Translations under genes and position numbers: made by a program
Part shown: in pieces, positions 52,912 through 62,416 of the stretch
Numbering within the stretch: position 1 is the first letter of the stretch
Layout: the number at the start of each line of letters is the position of its first letter
The notes under the pieces: generated by a model
What the model saw: only the letters and a program-made list of their open reading frames with translations
What the model was told of the DNA's origin: nothing
The model's database searches: none
Assembly (NCBI GenBank): GCA_963814585.1
Contig: CAWFDF010000004.1
Location: 416,001-480,000 of the forward strand
Length of the DNA stretch: 64,000 nt
From: an uncultured delta proteobacterium
GTDB taxonomy: Bacteria > Myxococcota > Myxococcia > Myxococcales > Anaeromyxobacteraceae
Direction of reading: 5' to 3'

Positions 52912-54177
52912 ATGGCGGAGGGCGCGGCGGGGACGGTGCCATCCGGAGCCGAGGCGAGCGGCGCCGGGCCACCGCCGCTGGCCGGGCTCCGGGTGCTCGA
53001 CCTCTCGCGGCTCCTCCCCGGCCCGTACGCCTCGCTGGTGCTCGCCGACCTGGGCGCCGACGTCGTCAAGGTCGAGGAGCGGGGCGGTGGCGACTACCTG
53101 CGCTGGATGCCGCCGCTGGCCGGCGAGCAGTCGGGCGCCTTCCACGCCCTCAACCGCAACAAGCGGAGCCTGGCGCTCGACCTCAAGGCGCCTGGGGGCG
53201 CCGAGGTGCTCAAGCGGCTGGCGTCCCGGGCCGACGTGGTGCTGGAGTCGTTCCGCCCCGGCGTGCTCGACCGCCTCGGCGTCGGCTGGGCGGCGCTGCG
53301 CGAGGTCAACCCCCGGCTGGTGCTCTGCTCCATCAGCGGCTACGGGCAGGACGGGCCCTACCGGGCGCTGGCCGGCCACGACCTCGACTACTGCGCCATC
53401 GCCGGCGTGCTGGGCGTCAACGGCCCGGCGGCGGGGCCGATGCCGCTGGGCGTGCAGGTGGCCGACCTGTGCGGCGGCGCCTGGCCGGCGGTGGCCGGCA
53501 TCCTGGCCGCCCTGCTGCGCCGGGGCGTGACCGGAGTCGGCGCGCACGTCGACATCGCCATGGCCGACGGCACCGCCGCCATGCTGGCCATGCCCCAGGC
53601 CATGGCCGACAGCCGCGGCACGCCGCTGGCGCGGGAGCGCGAGCTGCTCAACGGCGGCGCCGCCTGCTACCGGGTCTACGCCACCCGCGACGGCCGCCAC
53701 GTGGCGCTGGGAGCGCTGGAGCCCCAGTTCTTCGCCCGCTTCTGCCAGGCCGCCGGCGTCCCGGAGCTGGCCGACCGGCAGTACGACGACCACGGCCGCG
53801 GGCCGGTCGAGGAGCTGGCCGCCCTCTTCGCCACGCGGACCCGAGACGAGTGGGCCAGGCTCGGCCACGAGCAGGACTGCTGCCTGGCGCCGGTGCTGAC
53901 CGGCGACGAGCCCAGGTCCGACCCGCAGCTGCGGGCGCGCGGGATCTTCCTCGAGGTGCCGACCCCGTGGGAGGGCCGGCCCATGCCGTCGCTGGCCACC
54001 CCGGTGCGGCTGGCGGGGGTCCGGGCGCCGCTCCGGCCGGCCCCGCAGCTCGGCGCCGACACCGACGACGCGCTGCGTGAGGCCGGGTTCTCGGCGGCGG
54101 AGGTGTCGTCGCTGCGTGGCAGCGGAGTGGTGGGCGCCCCGCAGGAGGCGTTCACGCCGCGGAACAGGCTGGGCTAG
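52912..54177 (+). CDS. CaiB/BaiF family CoA transferase
   Basis: LRVLDLSRLLPGP, LADLGADVVKVE, NRNKRSLALDLK, SFRPGV, GYGQDGP, GHDL. Confidence 0.93.
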   Translation: MAEGAAGTVPSGAEASGAGPPPLAGLRVLDLSRLLPGPYASLVLADLGADVVKVEERGGGDYLRWMPPLAGEQSGAFHALNRNKRSLALDLKAPGGAEVLKRLASRADVVLESFRPGVLDRLGVGWAALREVNPRLVLCSISGYGQDGPYRALAGHDLDYCAIAGVLGVNGPAAGPMPLGVQVADLCGGAWPAVAGILAALLRRGVTGVGAHVDIAMADGTAAMLAMPQAMADSRGTPLARERELLNGGAACYRVYATRDGRHVALGALEPQFFARFCQAAGVPELADRQYDDHGRGPVEELAALFATRTRDEWARLGHEQDCCLAPVLTGDEPRSDPQLRARGIFLEVPTPWEGRPMPSLATPVRLAGVRAPLRPAPQLGADTDDALREAGFSAAEVSSLRGSGVVGAPQEAFTPRNRLG

Positions 54178-54234
54178 ACTGAGGGGGCCCCGCTTCCTGG
54201 CCGCCGTCCCCGCCGTGCCGCACCTGGAGGTTCC

Positions 54235-54969
54235 GTGACCGTTCCGAGCAAGCTGCTCCGCGCCGCCCTGCTGCTGACCCTCCTGCCCGGCCTCGCCGTG
54301 GCCGAGCCGACCAAGGAGGGGAAGGCCAAGAAGCCCCGGCTCGCCATCCTCGACTTCCCCGCCACGCACGGCGCCTACGCCCACTGCTCCGGGTGGGGCA
54401 ACAACGCCGCCGCCATGTCCGACTCCCTGCGCGAGCTCTTCACCACCGAGATCATGGAGAAGGCCCACGGCAAGCTCCGGCTGGTGGAGCGGGCCCGGCT
54501 GCAGGAGATCCGGTCCGAGCTGGCCTTCCAGCAGTCGGAGGAGGTCGACCCCGCGTCGGTCCAGAAGGTGGGCAAGCTGCTCGGGGCCAAGTACGTGCTC
54601 ACCGGCAAGATCACCCGCTTCGCCTGCAAGGTCAGCGAGGCCAGCACCGGCTGGGGCGTGGGCGCCCTGGTCGGCAAGGTGACCGGCAGCGGCCTGGCCG
54701 GCTCGGTGGCGGGCAGCGTCGACGTGAAGAACGTCAACTTCACCGGCCGACTCGACGCCCGGCTCATCGAGGTGGAGACCGGCGAGATCCTGGTGGTCTT
54801 CAAGGACGAGAACGAGACCGGCAACACCTCGGCCAAGGTGGCCGGGGGCGGCGGCGGCGTCCAGTACGACGACGAGCTGGCCAGCAAGGTCTTCGAGCCC
54901 ATGGTGGTCAAGATGTCGGCCAAGATCGTCAAGAAGACCGTGGCGGTCAGCGAGGACGAGGACGACTAG
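54235..54969 (+). CDS. CsgG/HfaB family exported protein
   Basis: Signal peptide, RLAILDF, LVERARL, GKLLGAKYVLTGKIT, DARLIEVETGEI. Confidence 0.8.
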   Translation: MTVPSKLLRAALLLTLLPGLAVAEPTKEGKAKKPRLAILDFPATHGAYAHCSGWGNNAAAMSDSLRELFTTEIMEKAHGKLRLVERARLQEIRSELAFQQSEEVDPASVQKVGKLLGAKYVLTGKITRFACKVSEASTGWGVGALVGKVTGSGLAGSVAGSVDVKNVNFTGRLDARLIEVETGEILVVFKDENETGNTSAKVAGGGGGVQYDDELASKVFEPMVVKMSAKIVKKTVAVSEDEDD

Positions 54970-55960
54970 TGCTCGCCCTCCTGATCGCCGCGGCGCTGGC
55001 CGCGCCCACGCCGGCGCCCTCGTTGCCGCAGCTCAAGATCGCCACGCTGCAGCTCGAGGCGGCCGGCGTCCCGGAGGGGATGGCGGCGTCGGCCACGGTG
55101 CTGGTGCCGACCGAGGTGCGGCTGGCCCGGCCCGACGCGCAGCTGATCTCGTCGGAGGACGTCCGCTCGCTGCTCTCGCACCAGAAGAACCGGCTGGTGC
55201 TCGGCTGTGGCGCCGACGCGGCCTGCCTCGCCGACCTCGGCGGCGCGCTCGGCGTCGACGAGATCGTGGCCGGGCGGCTGGGCCGGTTGGGGGAGACCTG
55301 GGTGCTGGAGCTGCGCCGCCTGGACGTGAAGCAGGCGCGCAACCTGGCCTCGGCCACCCGGGCCGTGACCAGCGCCGATGCGCTGGTCGGGGCGGTCCGC
55401 TCGGCGGCGTGGGAGCTCTATGCCGGACCGGGGGTGGGCCGACGGCCGTCGGGGCCACCGGTGGTGCTGGCGGCGCCGGCGGCGTGGTCGCTGGCGGCGG
55501 CGTGGCCGCAGGCGCTGGAGGTGGCGGTGGGAGTGGTCCGGGGAGTCCCCCGGCCGACCCGGTCCTGGCCCGGGTCCGCCTCCCCGACGACCCCTCGCTT
55601 CCCGGCCCGAGCCTGGTCGAGGGCGACCTGGACATCGTGCCGCTCGACTACAAGGGGACGCGCCACCGGGCCGTCTACGAGCTGGTGAAGCAGGTGATCG
55701 CCGGGGGCGGCTTCCCGATCGAGCGGGAGCGGCTCTCCGACGACGCCGCGCTCTCGCTGCGGACGGAGTGGACCTCCATCGAGCAGGGCCGGCGGATCCG
55801 CTTCCGGGTCCGGGTCGACGGGCGGGTGGCGCTGGAGCTCGACCGGGAGCGCTGCGACGGGACCGGCTGCCGCGACACCGACAGCCTCTCGCGCGGCGAG
55901 CGGCAGCTGGTCGCCGACGTCTACGCGGTCACCCGGGGCCAGCTCACCCAGGTGCGCTAG
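54969..55960 (+). CDS. Exported hypothetical protein with Gly-rich linker (frameshift at G run 55430-55434)
   Basis: Signal peptide, CGADAACLADLGGALGVDEIVAG domain; adding one G joins it to the C-terminal domain. Confidence 0.55.
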
Positions 55961-55967
55961 GGCCTCT

Positions 55968-56390
<423 letters not shown>

Positions 56391-56505
56391 GGCGCCTCCC
56401 GCGGTGGCATCATAGGGCCTGCCGAGGAGGCGCGCGCCTCGTGCCCCGCCCCAGCAAGATGCCTCCTGCGCGCGGGGCAGCCACGGGAGCCGCGGTGAGC
56501 CAGGG

Positions 56506-57597
56506 CTACGAGGTCGCGCCTGGCGGCGAGGCGACCGCGCTCGTGGCGACCGCGCTCGAGGCGACCGGGCCGGGTCGGCTGCGGACCCGCCGGCCGAGCA
56601 GCAGGAGGGCCGGCCACGGACGGTCTCCGACGGCCTTCTCGAGCGCCATGGGCAGCGCGATGCCGGCCACCACGCCGGCCAGCGCCAGCGCGCCAAGGCT
56701 GGTCACGCCGGCTCGTCCCAGCAGGACGCGCGAGCCCGCCGTCCCGAAGATGTGCATCAGGTAGATCCCGTAGGAGCAGGTCCCGACGGCCGCCAGCGGC
56801 GCCCAGGCGACCCGGTAGGTGAGCAGTGCGACCACCGTGGCCGTCCCGACCAGGGAGGACCCGACATGGGACCACGGGCCGCCGAGACGCCACCACCCGA
56901 ACCAGCCGCCCTGGTGGAGGAGCAGGCCCACGGCGCCCAGGCCGAGCCAGGCCAGCGCCAGGGGCCAGCCGCCTGGCACGCCGAAGCGGCGCACGCCGAG
57001 GCCGAGCAAGAAGTAGGGCAGCAGGAACGTCGCGTCCCCGATCCCCAGCAGGTCCGTGGAGGCCAGCCCCGACGCCCACAGCGCGAAGGAGGACGCCACC
57101 GCGAGCCCCCACCCGCCCACCCCGTCGAGGAGCCCGAGCGCGTCGAGCGATCCGACCAGCGCGAAGACCCACGCCAGGGCGTAGAGGAACCAGAAGTGGG
57201 CGTACGGGAAGATCAGGAGCGTGGGCAAGGCCCCCAGCGCCGGCCTGGTCCTGACGCCCGGGGCGATCGACTGGACCAGGATGAAGGCCCCCCCGACCAC
57301 CAGGAACGGGACGAAGAGCCGCCTCAGCTTGCCTCGCATGAAGGTGGCCCATCGGCCCGCGGCGACCGGGCGGAAGGCGTAGACGAAGCCCGCGATGGCG
57401 GTGAAGAGCGGCAGGCGCATGGGCGTCAGCGAGAAGTAGGCGTAGCGCCAGCCCGAGTCGTCCGGCACCCGCAGGCCATGCGACGCGTCGTTGCCGATGA
57501 CGTGGCCGGCCACCATGAGCAGGACGGCCAGCCCGCGCAGCGTCTCCACGCCGGCGTCCTTGCTCGCGCACGTCTCGATGCGCTGCGTGACTGACAT
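56506..57597 (-). CDS. Acyltransferase-3 (OafA-like) membrane O-acyltransferase
   Basis: [37 protein letters not shown]. Confidence 0.85.
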   Translation of the reverse strand: MSVTQRIETCASKDAGVETLRGLAVLLMVAGHVIGNDASHGLRVPDDSGWRYAYFSLTPMRLPLFTAIAGFVYAFRPVAAGRWATFMRGKLRRLFVPFLVVGGAFILVQSIAPGVRTRPALGALPTLLIFPYAHFWFLYALAWVFALVGSLDALGLLDGVGGWGLAVASSFALWASGLASTDLLGIGDATFLLPYFLLGLGVRRFGVPGGWPLALAWLGLGAVGLLLHQGGWFGWWRLGGPWSHVGSSLVGTATVVALLTYRVAWAPLAAVGTCSYGIYLMHIFGTAGSRVLLGRAGVTSLGALALAGVVAGIALPMALEKAVGDRPWPALLLLGRRVRSRPGPVASSAVATSAVASPPGATS

Positions 57598-58014
57598 TCG
57601 ACCCACGATCCTGGTCCGACGTGTTGCGCGCCAGCTTGCGGAGCGACGCTCGTCCCACCCTCGGGTGACCCGGTGCGCCGCGCGCCCTCCGGGTCCACCT
57701 CCCGCATCGACTCCGAGCCGTACTCCTCGAGTACCATCCACTCCCGGTCACCGTCCACGATCCGCACCACGGCTTTCCGGGGCTGGATCCGCCCCGGACC
57801 TCGAGACGGCACGATGTCACGGGCGCGCGGCCGAGGATGTCGCCTGATCCCCAGACACCATCCGGCTGGCGAGGTGGGAGGCGCCCTGCTGGTGTCGGTC
57901 CAGGTGCGAGGTGTCGGCGTGCGCCGGCCGGGCCGCCCGGAGCGAAGCGGGCGCCCGGCGCCCCCGATCCGGTATCGTGGAGCCGGGATCTCGACTCCCC
58001 CGGGAGCACCCTGC

Positions 58015-59091
58015 ATGATCCGCCGGACCTCCTTCGCCGTGACCGCGCTCGCGCTCGCCTCGCTGGCGTCCTGCGACCCCTTCAACACCGGGTTCGAGGA
58101 CACCGAGCGGGCCGTCCTCTACCGGGCCAGCCGGCCCGGTCCCGAGGGCGCGCCGGCCGGCCCCATCCGGGTGGTCACCTGGAACGTGAAGTACGGCGGC
58201 GCGCGGCTGCGCTTCTTCTGGGAGTGCCGCGGCACGCGGGTGCTCATGACCGAGGCGGAGGTGACCGGCAACGTGGCCGCGCTGGCCCAGTACCTGAGGG
58301 CCGCGAGCCCGGACCTGGTCCTGCTCCAGGAGGTGGACACCGCCGGCTCCAAGCGGGCCGCCTACCTGGACCAGGTGCAGCTCCTCCTCGACGGCAGCGG
58401 CCTCAACTACGCGGCCTATGCCTCGCAGTGGAAGGCCGACTACGTCCCGTCGGACGGCCAGGGGCCCATCGACTCCGGCAATGCCGTCCTCTCGCGCTGG
58501 CCCATCACGTCGGCCACCCGCCACGCGCTGCCGCTCCAGACCGACATCTCCTCGCTGGAGCGCTACTTCTACTTGAAGCGGAACCTGCTGGAGGTGCACC
58601 TGGCCGTCCCCGGGGTCGGCGAGGTGGCGGTGGTGGACGTGCACGCCGAGGCCTTCTCGCAGGACGGCACCAAGAAGAGGCACCTCGAGCTCTTCAAGGC
58701 GCTCCTCGACGACCTGTCCGCCCGGGGCCTGCCGGTGCTGGGCGGCGGCGATCTCAACTCGATCCCGCCCACCTCGCCGGTCCGCGCGGCCTTCCCCGAG
58801 GATGCCGCCTGCACCGACGGCCGCTTCGACCCGGACAGCTACCTGGGGGAGGAGACCTGGCTCGACCCGCTCTACGCCGCCTACCTGCCCGACGTCACCC
58901 CGGCCGACTTCGGGGCCGATCCGGGCCCCTGGTACACCTTCGTCGGCGACGAGGCCTACCCGCTCAACCGCAAGCTCGACCACCTCTTCACCAACCGCGC
59001 CTGGGCGCCAGGCAGCGTGCAGGTGCTGCAGGACGCCCTGATGCTCTCCGACCACGTCCCGGTGGTGGCCGGGTGGGAGCCGGGGCCGTGA
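58015..59091 (+). CDS. Endonuclease/exonuclease/phosphatase family lipoprotein
   Basis: Lipobox LASC, VTWNV, LQEVD, GNAVLSRWP, GGDLN, LDHLF, SDHVPV. Confidence 0.88.
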   Translation: MIRRTSFAVTALALASLASCDPFNTGFEDTERAVLYRASRPGPEGAPAGPIRVVTWNVKYGGARLRFFWECRGTRVLMTEAEVTGNVAALAQYLRAASPDLVLLQEVDTAGSKRAAYLDQVQLLLDGSGLNYAAYASQWKADYVPSDGQGPIDSGNAVLSRWPITSATRHALPLQTDISSLERYFYLKRNLLEVHLAVPGVGEVAVVDVHAEAFSQDGTKKRHLELFKALLDDLSARGLPVLGGGDLNSIPPTSPVRAAFPEDAACTDGRFDPDSYLGEETWLDPLYAAYLPDVTPADFGADPGPWYTFVGDEAYPLNRKLDHLFTNRAWAPGSVQVLQDALMLSDHVPVVAGWEPGP

Positions 59092-59903
59092 GGGCCGCTC
59101 GCCTCGCCGCCGCGCTGCTGCTGGCGCTCCTCCCGGCCGCGCCACGGGCCGCGGCGGACGGCGACCTCACCCCGGCGCTCTTCGCCCCGGACTCGGCGAG
59201 GCTGGTGCCGCCCGGACGCATGGAGCTGGGTGTCTTCGCCCCGCTCCGCTGGGGCCTGGCCGAGCGGCTGGAGGTCTCCTTCCACCCGCTCTGGATGTTC
59301 GTGGCCCCCGGCGTCGCCCTGCGCGTGGGGTGGGGCCGGGCCGCCGGCCTGGAGTGGGCCAGCGACCATTCCCTCGGCTACCCGACGCCGCTCATGCGCC
59401 TGCTCGCCAGGGAAGGGACCGGCGGCATCGTCCCGTCCGACGTCACCTATCCGCACATCGTCTCCTTCGCCAACCACCTGCTGGTGACCCGCGAGCTTCC
59501 CGGCGGCCACCTCCTGTCGGCGCGGGCCGGCGGCCAGCTGGCGCGGAACCTGACCGCCTTCGACGGGCCGGAGACCTGGAGCCAGGTGGAGTGGCACTAC
59601 GCCTGGCCGCGGATGGCGGCCTGGTTCACCGGCTGGAGCGTCGACGCCGGGCTGGCCGCCCAGGGGCCGGTGGCCGGCCCCTTCGGCTACCGGGTCACGC
59701 TGGACGGGTTCTACTTCACGGGCCTGAAGGGCGACCGCGCCGTGGAGTGGAGCGCCGTGGCCTCCTGGCGGCCGCGGCCCGGCCTCGAGCTGCACGCCGG
59801 CGCCACCTGGTCGTGGGCCAGGTTCCCCTACGGCGCGCGCCTCTCGGTACCGCTCCCGCTGTTCGACGCGGTCTGGGCGTTCGACCAGCCGGTCGGCCGC
59901 TGA
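59088..59903 (+). CDS. Exported, probably outer-membrane beta-barrel hypothetical protein
   Basis: Signal peptide, Trp/Phe-rich alternating strands, FDAVWAF near C-terminus; GTGA overlap. Confidence 0.55.
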   Translation: MRAARLAAALLLALLPAAPRAAADGDLTPALFAPDSARLVPPGRMELGVFAPLRWGLAERLEVSFHPLWMFVAPGVALRVGWGRAAGLEWASDHSLGYPTPLMRLLAREGTGGIVPSDVTYPHIVSFANHLLVTRELPGGHLLSARAGGQLARNLTAFDGPETWSQVEWHYAWPRMAAWFTGWSVDAGLAAQGPVAGPFGYRVTLDGFYFTGLKGDRAVEWSAVASWRPRPGLELHAGATWSWARFPYGARLSVPLPLFDAVWAFDQPVGR

Positions 59904-60149
59904 ACCCGCGGCCCCCTCCACCTCCCTCGGGCCGGTCCTCGCGGGTTGGCCCGCAGGGAGAACGCGGCGCGCTGGCGCAGCCCCATGGAAGCGCGCCCAC
60001 GCCGATTGACGACCCGCGGGCCGGGGCACACGCTTCCTCTGCCGGGGCCTCCCGCCGGTGGCGAGTGCCACCGGGAGATGGAGGCCCCGGGGACCAGGGG
60101 CGTCGTGGCGGCCTCGGACCGGCCCACGCCCCGCTGCGAGGAGGACGTC

Positions 60150-60650
60150 ATGGCCACCGTTGAGAAGCGTGAATCGAAGCCGGCGACGGCGCAGGGCACC
60201 ATGGTGCCGATCACCCGCCAGCTGGAGTGGATGCCGTCACGGCTGATGGAGCGGCTCGACCGGCTCATGGGCGACTGGGACCCCCTCTGGCCGTCGCTCC
60301 GGCTGCCGCACGAGGTGTCGTTCAAGACGCCGGCGGTCGACGTCTTCGAGGACCAGGACGACATCGTGATCGAGACCGAGCTGCCCGGGATGAAGAAGGA
60401 GGAGCTCGACGTCCAGCTGACCGGGGACCTGCTCACCATCTCGGGCAAGCACGAGAGCGAGAGGAAGATCGAGCGGAAGAGCTACTTCCGCGTCGAGCGC
60501 TCGGCCTCCGCGGTGAGCCGCTCCGTCCGGTTGCCGGTGGAGGTCCAGGCCGACAAGATGACGGCCACGCTCAAGGACGGGGTCCTGGAGGTCCGCGCCC
60601 CCAAGAGCGCGGCCGCCAAGGCCAGCACCCGGAGCGTCCCCGTCACCTGA
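60150..60650 (+). CDS. Hsp20/alpha-crystallin small heat-shock protein
   Basis: PAVDVFE, ELPGM, LTISG, ERS, ATLKDGVLEV; SD GAGGAGG. Confidence 0.92.
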   Translation: MATVEKRESKPATAQGTMVPITRQLEWMPSRLMERLDRLMGDWDPLWPSLRLPHEVSFKTPAVDVFEDQDDIVIETELPGMKKEELDVQLTGDLLTISGKHESERKIERKSYFRVERSASAVSRSVRLPVEVQADKMTATLKDGVLEVRAPKSAAAKASTRSVPVT

Positions 60651-60663
60651 GCGTGCTCGAGCT

Positions 60664-62409
60664 TCAGCGGCTGGCGGCCCGCCGGTGGTGCGCCGCCCGC
60701 CGCACCAGCCGCCGCCTCAGCTCGGCGAGCGGCAGCGTGTTCAGGACGTCCCCGGCCTCGAGCCAGCCGCGCCGGGCCACCCAGACCCCGTAGCGCAGGT
60801 TGGCGAGCTGGGCCGCGTGGTGGGCGTCGGAGGAGATCACCACCGGGACGCCGGCCTGCCTGGCCATGCGGCAGCCGACGTCGGTGAGGTCCAGCCGCTC
60901 GGGCATGGCGTTCACCTCGAGCGCCACGCCCTCCTGCCTGGCCACCTCCAGCAGTCGCCGCAGGTCGAGGGCCGCGGGCTCGCGCCCACCGATCTGCCGC
61001 CCGCTGGGGTGGCCGAGCACGTGCACCGCGCCGGAGCGGAGCGCCCGCACCACCCGCTCGGTGGTCCGGTCCTCCGGGTCGTGGAAGCGGGAGTGGATGG
61101 CGGCGACCACCAGGTCGAGCCCGGCCAGCGCCTCGGTGGGGAGATCGAGCTCGCCGGAGGGCAGGATGTCCACCTCGACCCCGGCCAGCAGGTGCGGCCG
61201 TCCGCCCAGGCGGGCGTCGAGGGCATGCACCGCCGCCGCCACCTCGGCGACCTGGACGGCGTCGAGGCCGCGGGGCCTGGCCCTGGAGTGGTCGGTGATG
61301 GCCAGGTAGCGGCGCCCCAGCGCCCGGCCGGCGTCGGCGAGCTCCTGCAGGTCGGAGCGACCGTCGGCCGAGGCGGTGGAGTGGACGTGCAGGTCGCCCA
61401 GCACGTCCTCCTCCTCGACCAGGCGCGGCAGGCGGCCCCGCTCGGCGGCCTCGATCTCGCCCGCCGCCTCGCGCAGCTCCGGTGGGATCCAGGGCAGGCC
61501 GAGGGCGCGGAAGACCTCCTCCTCCGTGGCCCCGCCCAGCCGCCGATCGTGCCGATCGAAGAGGCCATACTCGGAGAGCCTCAACCCCATCCGGACGGCC
61601 CGCGCCCGCAGCGCCACGTTGTGGGCCTTCGAGCCGGTGAAGTGGTTGAGGGCCGAGCCGAAGGACTCGGGGGGCAGCACGCGCAGGTCGGAGCGGATCC
61701 CGCCGCGGAGCCGAACCGCGGCCATGGTGGTGCCCTGCTCGATCACCTCGGCCACCTCGGGGAGGCCGGTGAAGGCGTGCACCGCCGCGGCCGCGTCCAG
61801 CGAGGCGACCACCAGGTCGATGTCCCCGACGGTCTCCTTGCGCCGTCGCAGGCTGCCCGCCGCCTCGGCGCAGGTCACCCCGGGGACGAGCCGGAGCCGG
61901 GCCAGCATGGCCTCGGCGTACTCGAGCGCGCGGTGGAGCGGCATCCGGTCCCCGCGCGCCCGCTGGCGCTCGATGGCGGCCAGCAGGCCCCTGGCCCGCG
62001 CCGGGCCCAGGTGCGGCAGCTCGAGGACCCGCCCGTCGTGGCAGGCCTCCTCCAGTGCCCCCACGTCCTCGATCCCCAGCAGCTTCCAGGCCGCCGCGGC
62101 CGTCCTCGGTCCCACGCCGTCGAGGCGGAGCATCTCCAGGACCCCGTGCGGCACCATGGCCGCGAGGCGCCGGTGCTCCCGGCAGTCGCCGGTGTCCAGC
62201 AGCTCGGCGATCTTGCCTGCGATCCCGGCGCCGATGCCGGGGAGCTCGGTGAGCTTCCCGTCCCGCCGCAGCGCGGACAGGGGGACCGGGTGGACGTCGG
62301 CGACCTGCGCCGCCCGGCGGTAGGCGCGGACCTTGAACGGGTTCTCGCCGGTCAGCTCGAGGAGATTGGCCAGCTCGGAGAGGACCCTGGCGATGTCGGC
62401 GTTCTCCAC
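60664..62409 (-). CDS. polX: DNA polymerase X with PHP exonuclease domain
   Basis: ENPFKVRAYR, GSLRRRKETVGDID, FTGSKAHN, DLHVHS, TDHS, SSDAH. Confidence 0.93.
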   Translation of the reverse strand: MENADIARVLSELANLLELTGENPFKVRAYRRAAQVADVHPVPLSALRRDGKLTELPGIGAGIAGKIAELLDTGDCREHRRLAAMVPHGVLEMLRLDGVGPRTAAAAWKLLGIEDVGALEEACHDGRVLELPHLGPARARGLLAAIERQRARGDRMPLHRALEYAEAMLARLRLVPGVTCAEAAGSLRRRKETVGDIDLVVASLDAAAAVHAFTGLPEVAEVIEQGTTMAAVRLRGGIRSDLRVLPPESFGSALNHFTGSKAHNVALRARAVRMGLRLSEYGLFDRHDRRLGGATEEEVFRALGLPWIPPELREAAGEIEAAERGRLPRLVEEEDVLGDLHVHSTASADGRSDLQELADAGRALGRRYLAITDHSRARPRGLDAVQVAEVAAAVHALDARLGGRPHLLAGVEVDILPSGELDLPTEALAGLDLVVAAIHSRFHDPEDRTTERVVRALRSGAVHVLGHPSGRQIGGREPAALDLRRLLEVARQEGVALEVNAMPERLDLTDVGCRMARQAGVPVVISSDAHHAAQLANLRYGVWVARRGWLEAGDVLNTLPLAELRRRLVRRAAHHRRAASR

Positions 62410-62416
62410 GGCGCGC

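Noticed and set aside
56528..56567. 15-bp tandem repeat (about 2.7 copies); also 12-bp repeat near 11453
   Set aside because: In-frame low-complexity C-terminal tails with no spacers; not CRISPR.
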